From Candidatus Latescibacterota bacterium (GTDB lineage: Bacteria; Latescibacterota; UBA2968; UBA8231): 64,000 nt of DNA. The notes under the pieces were generated by a model, which saw only the letters and a list, made by a program, of their open reading frames with translations, had not been told where the DNA came from and made no database searches. How positions within the stretch are numbered: the stretch's first letter is position 1; the number at the start of each line of letters is the position of its first letter. The position numbers and the translations under genes are program-made. The DNA lies in assembly GCA_965248265.1 (NCBI GenBank), contig CBDFJF010000002.1, forward strand, positions 448,001-512,000, in the 5' to 3' direction. Shown piece by piece: positions 39,582 through 50,184 of this stretch.

Positions 39582-40490
39582 ATGGCGGCGAACAACCTGG
39601 ACATCCTCATCATCGGCGGCAGCGGTTTCGTCAGCGGGACTATGGTACGAACAGCCTTGGCGCAGGGACATGAAGTCTGGACTGTTACCCGTGGTCAACG
39701 CCCCGTGCCCGATGGGGTCCACAGCATCGTCGCCGATCGCCATGACGAAGAAGGCTTTGCCCAAGCCATCGCCGACAGAGGAAAGAACTGGGATCTGGTC
39801 ATTGACTGTATCTGTTTCGAAGCGCCAGAGGCGCGTCAGGACCTGGCCGTTTTCCGCGACCGCACACCCCATCTCGTTTTCATCTCCACAGATTTCGTCT
39901 TCGAGCCCTCCCATCGCCGGTTTCCTCAACCCGAGGAGACCGATCACTACAGCACTGTCAGTTATGGCGGAGCGAAACGTCGGTGCGAACTGGAATTCCT
40001 CAACGGTGACGCCGGCGACATGCAATGGACTATCCTGCGCTCGTGCCACATCTATGGCCCCGACTCGCTGCTCGGCTGCCTGCCAACACACGGCCGCGAT
40101 CCACAACTGCTGGAGAAAATGAAGACGGGGGAGACCTTGAAGTTGGTCGGAGGAGGTCACTTTCTGCAGCAGCCGATTTTCGCCGAAGACCTGGCAGCAC
40201 TGACCCTCAGCTGCCACGGCAACGAGGCGACCTACGGTCAGATCTTTTGTTGCGCCGGCCCGGACATCGTGGAGTCGCGGGCGTTCTATCAGATCATCGC
40301 CGACATCATCGATGTTGAACTGAAAATCGAGGAGCTGCCGGTCGCTTCGTTTCTGGCCGACGATCCGGCATCGGCACCGTTTCTGTGCCATCGCGTGTAC
40401 GATCTGAGTAAACTGAAGGCCGTGGGTCTGGCGGTGCCGGCGACGCCACTGGTTGAGGGATTGCGCAAGCACGTGGAGTCTATGCTGTGA
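39582..40490 (+). CDS. NAD-dependent epimerase/dehydratase family
   Basis: LIIGGSGFVS, FIST, YGGAK, HIYGP. Start MAANNL. Confidence 0.85.
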   Translation: MAANNLDILIIGGSGFVSGTMVRTALAQGHEVWTVTRGQRPVPDGVHSIVADRHDEEGFAQAIADRGKNWDLVIDCICFEAPEARQDLAVFRDRTPHLVFISTDFVFEPSHRRFPQPEETDHYSTVSYGGAKRRCELEFLNGDAGDMQWTILRSCHIYGPDSLLGCLPTHGRDPQLLEKMKTGETLKLVGGGHFLQQPIFAEDLAALTLSCHGNEATYGQIFCCAGPDIVESRAFYQIIADIIDVELKIEELPVASFLADDPASAPFLCHRVYDLSKLKAVGLAVPATPLVEGLRKHVESML

Positions 40491-41287
40491 GCGGGCACTT
40501 GATTGATACTCTGCTCATAGGGGGACGGGGTCCCATCGGCGCGGGTCTGCGCACCTATCTCCCCAAACTCGACGCGGACTACCAGATCATATCCGTCGAC
40601 TTGCCCGGAGCCGAAGACAAGGCGACGGACCCGCAGGCTCAGCGAAACTTCGTCGACCTGGATGTGACTGTTGACCCGCAGCGGTTTCGAGACCTCCTCA
40701 TGAATCGTGATCTCATCGTCTACCTGGCCCGCACAGACCCTCACGAGGCGATGAACGCGATGACCGATCTCGTCTACGAGTCGGTCCGCGACGTCTGCCC
40801 TCAGGCGCTCATCATCGGTTCGAGTTCCGTCCACGCCATGGATGCGGCATACTGGCCGTACGACAAACAGCCCTACTCGACCATCGCGGCGCGGCGTTTC
40901 GAGGAGCTGGCAGCATGGCCCGAGCCACTGTCCGCTCTGATGGAAGCCTGTCCCAACAGCGATTACGGCCGCGAGAAGGCCCACGTCGAGGGTTGGTCGC
41001 AACGCTTCGCTGAGGAAGGCCTGGCGGCCGTTGCAATGAGATGGGGAGGCATCAACCAGCACAACGTGAACGCCGATGAAATCGGCTACTTTACGGTCTG
41101 GTGCCACCAGGAGGATGCAACGCGACTCGTCGACTGCTGTTTCAAGGCTCACAAGGGGAAGACCTTGCGAAGCGGTGCCCACTACTTCGCCATCTCGAAC
41201 AACAAACACGGCATCTTCGATATCGAGACGCCACGGCGCGAGGTGGGATACCAGCCGGCGCACGATTCAGAGCGGTTCTACGCCTAA
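40487..41287 (+). CDS. NAD(P)-dependent oxidoreductase (epimerase/uronate dehydrogenase-like)
   Basis: LLIGGRGPIG, GSSSVHA, YGREK, EVGYQP. GTGA overlap with the upstream gene. Confidence 0.78.
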   Translation: MSGHLIDTLLIGGRGPIGAGLRTYLPKLDADYQIISVDLPGAEDKATDPQAQRNFVDLDVTVDPQRFRDLLMNRDLIVYLARTDPHEAMNAMTDLVYESVRDVCPQALIIGSSSVHAMDAAYWPYDKQPYSTIAARRFEELAAWPEPLSALMEACPNSDYGREKAHVEGWSQRFAEEGLAAVAMRWGGINQHNVNADEIGYFTVWCHQEDATRLVDCCFKAHKGKTLRSGAHYFAISNNKHGIFDIETPRREVGYQPAHDSERFYA

Positions 41288-41293
41288 GGCACC

Positions 41294-41415
41294 TCAGGGC
41301 TGCTCGACGTCGACGATCCAGATGTCTGTGGGGCCGGGATTCGGCCAACTGTTGAGCAGTTTGCTGTCATCACGTGTCCACCGGGGTCGGAACTGATTGT
41401 GGGTGCCGCCGACGG
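41294..41415 (-). pseudogene. C-terminal remnant of a TolB/PD40-like repeat protein
   Basis: Manual translation VGGTHNQFRPRWTRDDSKLLNSWPNPGPTDIWIVDVEQP-stop resembles a PD40 blade; the 5' part is absent. Confidence 0.4.
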
Positions 41416-41785
41416 TGCGTTGGACGGGAAACAGCGGGAGAAAGCGCTGCTCGAACAAGCGCCAAGGGAACACGAGATCACCATCCAGGGTCCTTCAGGG
41501 ACGTTCCCCGGCATCGCCGTCGGCGAACTTTCGGATGACCAGAAGGGACTCGTCAGGGAGGTCATCAAGGCCTTGCTGGCCCCGTATCATGAGAGCCATG
41601 TCGAGGAGACGCTTGGCATTCTGGATGCCGGCGGATTCGACCGACTGCACATGTCGTTCTACAAGTCCGACGACCTGGGTGACGACGGGGAATGGGACAT
41701 CTGGCGCCTCGAAGGGCCGACTTTCGTCTGGCACTTCCGCGGCGCGCCGCACGTCCACGCCTACGTGAACATCGCCAGCGCGTAG
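41399..41785 (+). pseudogene. C-terminal fragment of a DUF3500-like protein
   Basis: ALDGKQREKAL...GIAVGELSDDQK...WRLEGPTFVWHFRGAPHVHAYVNI; N-terminal part missing. Confidence 0.6.
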
Positions 41786-41822
41786 TGGCCTGCCATGGAT
41801 CCCAGTCGCATCGTAGACTGAT

Positions 41823-42587
41823 TCAGGCGCAGGCGGGATTCGACTCGGTCCAGCGGTTGTAGGTGGGATCGTCCCTAAGAGCCAGGTTGTCACGGGCATC
41901 GCGCCACATGGCGTACCAGACCTCGGGGTCGTGCAGTTCGGACTCGGGGTTGGAGCGGCTGCGCGCCACGAACCCGGGAAACTCCTCGCGCCCGGTCGGT
42001 TGGCCCACAGGACTGTAGCGCAGATCAAAACTCCAGCGGATCTGGTCGCTTGTGTTGGCGAAGGATCCGTGGCATGTCCAGCGACTCATGAAAAGGACAT
42101 CACCCGCCTGCATGGGAACGGGGATGGCGTCCTCCTCAGCAAAAAACCTGGTGGGAATCTCGTATCCCCCCTCGGCCAGCAGGCAGTGCTGCCGCAGCCG
42201 TTCGCGATGACTCCCGGGAACCAGCTTGATGCAGCCATGCTCGATGCCGGATGCGGTCAGTGGCAACCAGACAGTGAGCATCTCGGTGTCGTCCGCTTCC
42301 GGCCGCACCACGCCGCCATCCTGGTGCCAGGGAGTGGCCTTGACGAGGTCACTCGAGCCCAACTCCGGAAGTAGATACTCCGGGGGGTTTGATACGCACG
42401 TGCTGCACCGGGGTTGAGTAGAGCTCGGGTCCGATGAGCGACTCGGCGACATCCAGCAGTTTGTGGTTGAGGCGGTGTACTCGTCAATGACGGGCTGCAG
42501 GTCCTGGTCGAAGTCCAGCAGGCTCTTGGCGACGAAATAGCCATCCCGTTCGAATTGTTCCAGTTGATTGGCGCTCAAGGTTTGCAA
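41823..42587 (-). pseudogene. PhyH family dioxygenase with internal deletion and compensating frameshifts
   Basis: FERDGYFV, TPWHQD, PGSH, TCHGS..R intact, but the family-like segment LLDVAESLIGPELYS.PVQHVRIKPP lies in another frame (42382-42471). Confidence 0.65.
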
Positions 42588-42602
42588 CGGTTTTGCCCTT
42601 CC

Positions 42603-43439
42603 CTATAAATCGTCCACGATTTCCAGCGCCTCATGTGCGGTAGGCTGGTCACCGCCGGCTGTGCGCTCGCAGAATGCTCGGGTTCTGCTGTTGAGAACAC
42701 CGTAGAACCCGCGCGTTTCCTCGTCGGGATGGTCTCGCCACAGAGACGGGGGGACCACGGAGGCGCTGGCACCTTCGTACTCCTCGCGGTGCCGGTGGCA
42801 GTAGCCTATCTGTACAGATTTGCGTTCAGACGTCGTCTCGCGGACGGCGACCGTGTGCAGGACCGACACGTTGAACAGTATTCCCGTGCCCGCACTGCCG
42901 TGCAGCTCGCGGATTCCACCGCGCTCGACTTGAGCTTCCTTGTTGAGAATTTCCTGACCGACCGATTCCGGCGAAATGGCAAAACTGTGGGTTTTATCGC
43001 TGACGTCGGCCAGGTAAACGAGCAGCGCGATATAGCCCATGCGTAGCGGATGTTCCGGCCACATGAACCGTGCCCCCCCATCTCTGTGCCAGCGGTGCCC
43101 GACGGGTCCATCCCACGACGTTAAGCCGCGAACCGTCTCACCCGCATAGGCCCCCATGTGCCTGAGACAGATTTCCGAGAAGCAGACCTCGCTTCCCATC
43201 AGAGCCTGCAGCGGTTCCATGACTTTCGGGTGACGGATGAGCCCGTCGAATTCGGGTGCCGTCAACAGCACGTGGCCGTAGATGGTTTGCCAGATTCCGG
43301 TATCCCTCCAGAAACGCCCGTACCTGTGTCGCTCCTGCTCGAACAGCTCAGCATAGCGGCTGATCTCGTCGTCGCTAAGTATCTGGCCGAGCTCCACGTA
43401 ACCGTTGCTCTTGAAGAAATCGTAATCCTCTTGTTTCAC
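42603..43439 (-). CDS. PhyH family dioxygenase
   Basis: FFKSNGYV, LIRHPKV, WHRD, SVLH..R. GTG start VKQEDY. Confidence 0.8.
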   Translation of the reverse strand: MKQEDYDFFKSNGYVELGQILSDDEISRYAELFEQERHRYGRFWRDTGIWQTIYGHVLLTAPEFDGLIRHPKVMEPLQALMGSEVCFSEICLRHMGAYAGETVRGLTSWDGPVGHRWHRDGGARFMWPEHPLRMGYIALLVYLADVSDKTHSFAISPESVGQEILNKEAQVERGGIRELHGSAGTGILFNVSVLHTVAVRETTSERKSVQIGYCHRHREEYEGASASVVPPSLWRDHPDEETRGFYGVLNSRTRAFCERTAGGDQPTAHEALEIVDDL

Positions 43440-43467
43440 CGATTCCCTTTGGCTTTCTGCTGACCCG

Positions 43468-44058
43468 CTAGCTGATCTCGAAGGACCCCATCGACAGCTT
43501 GACCTGAACGGCTTTGTTGAAGCCGACGAACGAGAAACCGTAACTTTCGCAGTCGGCGAGGCACTCGTCCAGAGAAGGTGGGTCGTCGCGACGCGATGTC
43601 CAACTCCGGTGCCAGAGGGCTTCGTCGTTGACCAGCCGGAATGCGTCCGGGCCGGCGCCCCATGCATCCGCACAAATATCAACCGGTCTGCTGTTCAGAT
43701 GCCACCTCGTGTGCTGCGTCGTGCCAGGACCTACGATCCAGAAATAGCACTCTCCTCCATCCAGATCGAGGCCGTCGCCCCGTAAATGAACCGACACCTC
43801 CCTGTCTCGCAGATCGATCGGGTCATCGCCGATCCACCCCCGGTAATGGACGAACGGCAGAATCGATTGGGGCTGCTCGGGGACGTCGGGGGTCCAGTAG
43901 GTCTCCTCGCACGAGACATACGGTGCGCCGTTCAGACCGCCTTCCCGCTCCCAGTTGCCCAGCACGAAAACCCGCCCCCGTCCGCTCACGACACTGGCGT
44001 GATAGTCATAGGAACACCACGACTCGGGCCCCTTGTCGAATACGTTCTTCACCAGCAT
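43468..44058 (-). CDS. Hypothetical protein
   Basis: Protein-like, Trp-rich ORF from MLVKNVFDKG, with GAGGAG RBS, in a same-strand gene run. Confidence 0.65.
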   Translation of the reverse strand: MLVKNVFDKGPESWCSYDYHASVVSGRGRVFVLGNWEREGGLNGAPYVSCEETYWTPDVPEQPQSILPFVHYRGWIGDDPIDLRDREVSVHLRGDGLDLDGGECYFWIVGPGTTQHTRWHLNSRPVDICADAWGAGPDAFRLVNDEALWHRSWTSRRDDPPSLDECLADCESYGFSFVGFNKAVQVKLSMGSFEIS

Positions 44059-44182
44059 GGTGCGACTCCTCAGGGCGACTCGCGCATCCGCTGTTGACGG
44101 TCTATATCGGTGAATCTGGACTCGTTGCCTGTGATCAAGGCCTTCGGGTAAACGCGAATATATGCGAAATACCCCGAACCCA

Positions 44183-44932
44183 TCACTCGCCGGCGTGAGT
44201 GGCCCAGTCCGGCCAGTCAATAGTCATGCCGTCGCTCCCACTGTCAACGACCCTTTGGATGAGCGCGCGGACTTCTGAAGTTTTGCCGCCCATTCCCCAG
44301 ACGCGAATCTCCTCGACCGCATCATGTCCCCGCTTCACGAGCTGCTCGGTTGTGGTTCGCGCTGGCGGGCACAGTTGAAACAGATTCAAGCGGGCGGCAC
44401 CATCGAGTGCTTTCTGGTCGAACTCATGCACCAGCCAGCCCAGGCGGCAGCTACTCGAGATGTCCCGCATCCGCTCCAGTTGCTCCCATGAAAACGAGGT
44501 AACGATCGAACGCTCGAGCAGGCCGTGCCCTGCAATTATGGCGAAAACCTTCGCTGGCAGATCCGCTGCCTTCCCCTTCAGTTCTATGTGGAAGATGAAG
44601 TCGTCGGCGAATCGTTTGACTATCCCCTCGAGTGTGGCCATGGGTGTATTTCCATAGAGGAAAGGCGAGAACCAGGAGCCCAAGTCGAGCGGCAACAACG
44701 CATCAGATGTCAGCGTCTCGACGATCTGGTCTCCATGGCCGTACCGCTGTAGAGAGTCGTCGTGACACAGTACCACTACGTCATCTGTGGCCAGCTGCGT
44801 ATCCAACTCGACTTCGCGAACACCCATCTTCTTTGCCAACTCGAAGGCCGGCATCGTGTTTTCCGGTGCATAGGCGCATGCACCCCGATGGGCGATGATG
44901 CGGAAGTGTTCAGGTACGGTTATCGAACTCAT
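44183..44932 (-). CDS. Glycerophosphodiester phosphodiesterase family
   Basis: IAHRG...APENT..AF, VELD, HD..L.R, IELK. Confidence 0.9.
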   Translation of the reverse strand: MSSITVPEHFRIIAHRGACAYAPENTMPAFELAKKMGVREVELDTQLATDDVVVLCHDDSLQRYGHGDQIVETLTSDALLPLDLGSWFSPFLYGNTPMATLEGIVKRFADDFIFHIELKGKAADLPAKVFAIIAGHGLLERSIVTSFSWEQLERMRDISSSCRLGWLVHEFDQKALDGAARLNLFQLCPPARTTTEQLVKRGHDAVEEIRVWGMGGKTSEVRALIQRVVDSGSDGMTIDWPDWATHAGE

Positions 44933-46410
44933 CGCGATGCGTTGTCGAAAAACCGGCGCGGTGAGAAAAACTCTTCCGGGTAGTAGTCAGGGCAGTCAAT
45001 ACCGAGGATCTTGAAGACAATGAACTGTGTGGCGAGGAAGGACACACCTGAACCGGAACCCGCCATTCCGCCCACGATATATAATCGTTTGTCATCCTGA
45101 AGACCGATGAGAGGAAACTCATCAGGGGTCATGCCTACCGTTCCACTCCACTCATTGGTAACTCGTATCCGTCCAATACCGAAAAATGGTTTCAAAAAGG
45201 CGGACACGTACCGGGTAATAAAACGGGAGGGCTGATTTCTTCCTGCCTCCTTGTCAGGTACTTTCGACATATCCGACCCGAAAAGGATGCCATCTTTGGT
45301 GCGCCCGAAAAACATTTGAGGACTGCTGATGCCTACATTGTGTCGCATCGATCCACCGTCACTGTCCCCAAAAGCTGCCTGGGTCTGTCCTGCCCTCAAG
45401 ATGTTGTGAAATTCTTTGAACAATGAAGGTGTATGGGATTCGGTGGCATTGATTACATGACGTGCCCTGATCGGCCCGCGATCAGTATGGATATCATAGT
45501 ACTCACCCACGTCGTTCACCTCATTGACCCTGGTGCGCGAGTAGAACTCTACCGTCGGTGACTTGAGGGCTACCTGAAAGAGACCCCAGATCCATTTTGC
45601 CGGGTGCCAGTTGGCCGTCCCTTGAGAGTGGCCAGCATCGTGATCAGTTTTGATGCCCGCCTTCTGCATTGCTTCCTCTTTGGAGATTCTATTCCAGTCC
45701 GTGAATCCCGTCTCTTCACCCATGCGCTGGGCGGCCAGCGGTGTGTCCTTGCTGTCCTCATCGGTAGCCCAAACCCAGCCCTTCTTTACATAGTCACAGT
45801 CGATTCCCTCCTCCATCACGGTCTGCTCAATCAGCTGGTTGCTTTTCATCCCCGCAACAACGTAGGGCCGGGCAAACTCGTGAGCATGGGCCACCCTTTC
45901 CTCTGCGCTCATTTCAGGTCGTGATTTCTCCAGATTCTTCAAAACGGTGCCGTGCACATAGTGGTAATAGCGGCCCATGGTCACGAAGCCGGCATTGCGT
46001 CCACCTGAACCGCTCGCCGCGTCGTTCATTTCAAGAACGACCATCTTGCCCTTGCCGTGCTTTGACCAATGATAGGCGGCGCCTGCACCAGCGAACCCTG
46101 CTCCGATGACGACTACCTCAGCTTCCTCGGGAATTTCTGAGTCGGGTGAGTCTCCCCAGGGATGATTTTCAAGGGGATTGGGGTCCTTCAGCCAGACGGG
46201 AGTTGTCGACACTGGACTCTCATACTGAACCCAATCGATGGCATCGGGTATCGTCCGCCACATGGTCTTCATCGACCACACGAAGAAGAGCCAGAACCTG
46301 TGAAACAGTCCTTTGCCAGGATACATCGAGCCAATCCACGTTCGCGCTGAGCGAAATTCACGCCGGCGCATGCTCAATAGCAATTCAACGAATGAGAGCA
46401 GTCTTTTCAT
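44929..46410 (-). CDS. FAD-dependent oxidoreductase (DAO/PuuB-like) with N-terminal extension
   Basis: VVIGAGFAG, ASGSGGRNAG, HPAK, WSGTVGMTPDEFPLIG. Confidence 0.85.
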   Translation of the reverse strand: MKRLLSFVELLLSMRRREFRSARTWIGSMYPGKGLFHRFWLFFVWSMKTMWRTIPDAIDWVQYESPVSTTPVWLKDPNPLENHPWGDSPDSEIPEEAEVVVIGAGFAGAGAAYHWSKHGKGKMVVLEMNDAASGSGGRNAGFVTMGRYYHYVHGTVLKNLEKSRPEMSAEERVAHAHEFARPYVVAGMKSNQLIEQTVMEEGIDCDYVKKGWVWATDEDSKDTPLAAQRMGEETGFTDWNRISKEEAMQKAGIKTDHDAGHSQGTANWHPAKWIWGLFQVALKSPTVEFYSRTRVNEVNDVGEYYDIHTDRGPIRARHVINATESHTPSLFKEFHNILRAGQTQAAFGDSDGGSMRHNVGISSPQMFFGRTKDGILFGSDMSKVPDKEAGRNQPSRFITRYVSAFLKPFFGIGRIRVTNEWSGTVGMTPDEFPLIGLQDDKRLYIVGGMAGSGSGVSFLATQFIVFKILGIDCPDYYPEEFFSPRRFFDNASR

Positions 46411-46417
46411 GATCACG

Positions 46418-47404
46418 CTACCGCGTGGGACCCGCGACGACGTTGACAGGCTTGTCGTGGTAGAAGCCCACGAGATTGTCGATGGCGATATCGTAGACTC
46501 GGCCCGTTGCTTCGGGCGTGTTCCAGGCTACGTGTGGCGACAGCACGACATTCTCCAGCTGCAGCAGTGGATCACTGAGAGCGGGCGGTTCCTCTGGAAA
46601 GACGTCGAGACCGGCAGCAGCGATGTGTGACGATTGCAGGAGCTGTGTCAACGCATCACAGTCGATCAAGGCACCTCGAGCCGTGTTCAGCACCACCACG
46701 CCCTTCTTCGTCCGCGCCAGATCGCCGGCACCGAGGATTCGCTCTGTTTCACCAATGTGGGCCACGTGCATGGAGAGGACATCGCTCTCTCGCAGGATTT
46801 CGTCGAATGATGCGAACTCGACGCAGTCCCGTTCGGCGCGTTCGGCGCTGGGGTTTCGCGTCCAGGCGCGCACCTTCATGCCGATTCCCGAGGCCAGCCT
46901 GGCGAAGTGAACGGCAATCGGGCCGCAGCCCAACAACCCCAGCATCTTGCCCTGGAGCTCGATGGCGGGGAGGCCCTGGTTCCATACTCCATTGCGCACC
47001 TCGCGGTCGAGGCGGGGAATGTGACGGGTGCAGGCCAACATCAGGGCCAGTGCATGCTCGGCCACCGTCGGTTCAAGGGCGCCGGGGGAGTTGCAGACGG
47101 TGATCCCCTGAGCGGAGGCGGCGTTCAGGTCGACGTAGGTGTCGACTCCGCGGCCCGTAAAGGAGATTACTTCGAGGTCCCTCGCCTGTCTCATGATGTC
47201 TACTGGAAAAGGGGTCGGCCCTCCGATCAAGATTGCATCCGCGTGCCGTGCCCGTTTCAGGTACTCCTCATCGGTATCCGGGTCACCGTAGCAGATCTCG
47301 AACTCGCCGAGCTTCTCCAGGCGGCGTCTGCGGTCGCCGCCGGCAAAGACGACATCGGCTTCGGGGCCGGCATCGACGAAGATGATTCGCTTTTTCTCAA
47401 CCAT
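46418..47404 (-). CDS. D-isomer-specific 2-hydroxyacid dehydrogenase
   Basis: VAEHA, LGCGPIA, NTARG, AGLDVF..EP, SPHVAW. Start MVEKKR. Confidence 0.88.
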   Translation of the reverse strand: MVEKKRIIFVDAGPEADVVFAGGDRRRRLEKLGEFEICYGDPDTDEEYLKRARHADAILIGGPTPFPVDIMRQARDLEVISFTGRGVDTYVDLNAASAQGITVCNSPGALEPTVAEHALALMLACTRHIPRLDREVRNGVWNQGLPAIELQGKMLGLLGCGPIAVHFARLASGIGMKVRAWTRNPSAERAERDCVEFASFDEILRESDVLSMHVAHIGETERILGAGDLARTKKGVVVLNTARGALIDCDALTQLLQSSHIAAAGLDVFPEEPPALSDPLLQLENVVLSPHVAWNTPEATGRVYDIAIDNLVGFYHDKPVNVVAGPTR

Positions 47405-47563
47405 TTTTCTCGGACATTGTCTCAAACAGGGAGAGCCGAAGTCTTGTAAACAGGTTGTCATCATAGACGAAAAGCTGTTTCATCTCCTGCTGGAGTATAG
47501 GCTCTTTCAGACAGAGAATCGACATGGTGACAGCCCGACCACAGGAGTTCATGAGGGGGAAAG

Positions 47564-48649
47564 ATGAAAATCATCGATGTCAGTCCCGCGCTCTACCGGA
47601 TACCACTACCCATCGTGTTGTCCGATTCGACGCACGGCGACATCTCTCACTTCGAACTGATAACCGTTCGCATCCACACGGATGAAGGCGTCGAGGGGAC
47701 CGGTTACACCTTTACGCCGGGCACGGGGGGCTCGTCCGTTCACGCCATCCTCGCACACGATTTGCGCGAGCAGTTGATCGGCCGCGATCCACGACGCATC
47801 GAGCAACTCTGGGAAAACATGTGGTGGCACCTGCACTTCGTCGGCCGTGGAGGGTCAGTAGTGTTCGCGATTTCAGCCATCGACATCGCGCTCTGGGACA
47901 TCAAGGGGAAATCAGAGGACGAGCCATGGTGGCGGCTGCTCGGGGGACATGACAACCGCGTTCGTACCTACGCCGGCGGCGTCGACCTGTACTTCACGCT
48001 GGACGATCTCATCGCCCAGGCCGAGCGCTTCCTTTCCGAAGGATTTCGCGCCATAAAGATGAAGATCGGACGCCCGCACCTCGAAGAGGACCTCGAGCGC
48101 GTGACTCACATGCGCGAGGTGCTCGGCAGCATGCCTCTGCTGGTCGATGCCAACATGGGTTGGCGTGTGGATGAGGCGATTCGCGCTGCGCGAAGACTGG
48201 CCGAGCACGACGTGTTCTGGCTGGAAGAGCCCACCGTCCCGGACGACGTCGACGGCCATGCCCGGATCGCGCGTGAAGGAGGGGTGCCCCTCGCCACGGG
48301 CGAGAACATGCACACGATCTACGAGTTCGAGCATATGATCAGGCGCGGTGGGATCTCGTTTCCCGAGCCGGACGTCGCTACATGTGGAGGCGTCACGGTG
48401 TGGCTGAAAATCGCGCGGCTGGCCGAGGCGAACAACCTGCCCGTCACCTCTCACGGCGTCCACGACCTCTCCGTCCATCTGCTCTCAGCCGTCCCCAACG
48501 CGTCTTTTCTTGAAGTACACATGTTTGGTCTGGAGCAGTACATCCATCATCCCCTCGTCATCGACGATGGGTTCGCCATCGCCCCGGATCGCCCGGGACA
48601 CGGCGTTTCGCTCAACTGGGAAAAGCTGGAAGAGCATCGAACCGCCTGA
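47564..48649 (+). CDS. Mandelate racemase family sugar-acid dehydratase
   Basis: AISAIDIALWD, KMKIG, VDANMGW, WLEEP, ATGEN, TSHG. Confidence 0.88.
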   Translation: MKIIDVSPALYRIPLPIVLSDSTHGDISHFELITVRIHTDEGVEGTGYTFTPGTGGSSVHAILAHDLREQLIGRDPRRIEQLWENMWWHLHFVGRGGSVVFAISAIDIALWDIKGKSEDEPWWRLLGGHDNRVRTYAGGVDLYFTLDDLIAQAERFLSEGFRAIKMKIGRPHLEEDLERVTHMREVLGSMPLLVDANMGWRVDEAIRAARRLAEHDVFWLEEPTVPDDVDGHARIAREGGVPLATGENMHTIYEFEHMIRRGGISFPEPDVATCGGVTVWLKIARLAEANNLPVTSHGVHDLSVHLLSAVPNASFLEVHMFGLEQYIHHPLVIDDGFAIAPDRPGHGVSLNWEKLEEHRTA

Positions 48650-48693
48650 CCCAACCCCAGTCGGCGCTTATGGAGTTGCAAACGAGGGAACTG

Positions 48694-49424
48694 ATGTCAC
48701 ACACTGGTTTGAAACAAAAATAAGTAGAGGGGACACGGTTGTAGGATGCAGGATCAATCTCGGTACCACACGGGATGAGTTCGCCGCCGCTGTGCAGTCG
48801 GACTCGTACGAATTCGTCTGCTTCGACGGTCAGCATTTCCCGTATAGCGATCAAGCCGCTGTCGATTTCTGCCATCTCGCCGAGGAATTCGATATACCAA
48901 TGGGTATGCGAATCAAACATCCTCGGGAGGCGTACCTGCCGGGCAACTATCTCGACCTAGGGGTGACCAGTATGGAAGTGCCACTGAGCGAATCTGAATC
49001 GACGGCGCACGAGGCGGTGACCAATTTCTACTACCCTCCGCTTGGGAGGCGTAGCTACCGCGGCGTCTATCGCAGACAGGCAGCCGATTTCGATTCATCC
49101 GATGTTCGCGGCTATGCTGATTGGTGGAACGAGACCGGGGTGTTGTGGCTGCAGGTCGAGTCTCTTGCCGCGGTCATGAACGCACATGAGCTGGCTCTGG
49201 AGGGAGTGGACTGCTTGTCTTTCGGCCCAAGCGATCTGACCCTCGACATCGAGTCCCATCCAAATCCGCACTACACGACTGTCGAGGAGTGTGTCGCCGC
49301 CGTTGCCGAGGCCGTCTCCCCCGACACCGCACTCTGCTTCCGCAGTAATCGAGCGGAGCGTCAGAAGTGGGCTGATCTGGGTGTCACGGTCTTTCTCGAG
49401 CCGCCGTCAAACGCTGCTGTATGA
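48694..49424 (+). CDS. HpcH/HpaI aldolase/citrate lyase family, apparent 1-nt frameshift near the start
   Basis: FDGQH, YLDLG, YYPPLGRRS, LQVES, FGPSDL. ATG 48694 (after GAGGGA) reads MSHTGLKQK-stop; one extra A in the A5 run gives LKQKISRGDTVVG. Confidence 0.72.
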
Positions 49425-49494
49425 TTCGAAGGAGATTCACGCACGGGTGGGCTTGGGTGGGCTTAAGGCACTATAGTGGAAAGAGAGTACCACT

Positions 49495-50175
49495 GTGCTC
49501 GATGACTACCAATTGCTTGAAATGGAAGTTGAGGCGACAAATCCAGTGAACGCTGGTGGGTGTTTCACGAGCGAAAAATCACCACGACTGTTTCTGGGGC
49601 AGACGAGAGACGGTAACGTCCGCCGATATCGGCAAGACGTACCCGAACGCATCAAAGATGAACTTGATGACGCCATCGACGGGGAGCCGGTAGTCCAGGA
49701 CCTGCGTGTGGGGCTCACTTACCAGGAAGAATACCAACGGATACTGGGGAAGCAGGAGCCAGTTCAGCAGGTATCCAGGGGATTTGGGTACAAATACCCC
49801 GACAGTCTACAGAGGTATCAGGATGTCGTCAGGGTCACGCAGGATAACGTCCATCTGGGTGCAGAGACCTTCTCCTGGCTCTTAGATGAGCTCCAACAAA
49901 GTCAGCCCTGCGTAGCCACGATCCAGGACGATCGGTTCGTTTCGCTATGCCACAGTCCGTACATCTCAACAAGAGCGCATATTGCTGGTATCGACACCGT
50001 GGAAGGCTATCGCCGGAGAGGATACGCAGTCGCTGTCGCCGCTGAATGGGGCTGGGTGGTGCGGGAGCTGGGAAAGATCCCTATTTACAGCACCGGGATA
50101 GGCAATGTGGCTTCACAGGGTGTGGCGGCTAAGGTGGGACTGTTGCATTACAACTCGGACCATCACTTCATGTAG
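49495..50175 (+). CDS. GNAT family N-acetyltransferase
   Basis: GIDTVEGYRRRGYA acetyl-CoA motif; NVASQGVAAKVG. Confidence 0.82.
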   Translation: MLDDYQLLEMEVEATNPVNAGGCFTSEKSPRLFLGQTRDGNVRRYRQDVPERIKDELDDAIDGEPVVQDLRVGLTYQEEYQRILGKQEPVQQVSRGFGYKYPDSLQRYQDVVRVTQDNVHLGAETFSWLLDELQQSQPCVATIQDDRFVSLCHSPYISTRAHIAGIDTVEGYRRRGYAVAVAAEWGWVVRELGKIPIYSTGIGNVASQGVAAKVGLLHYNSDHHFM

Positions 50176-50184
50176 AGCCGGGCA

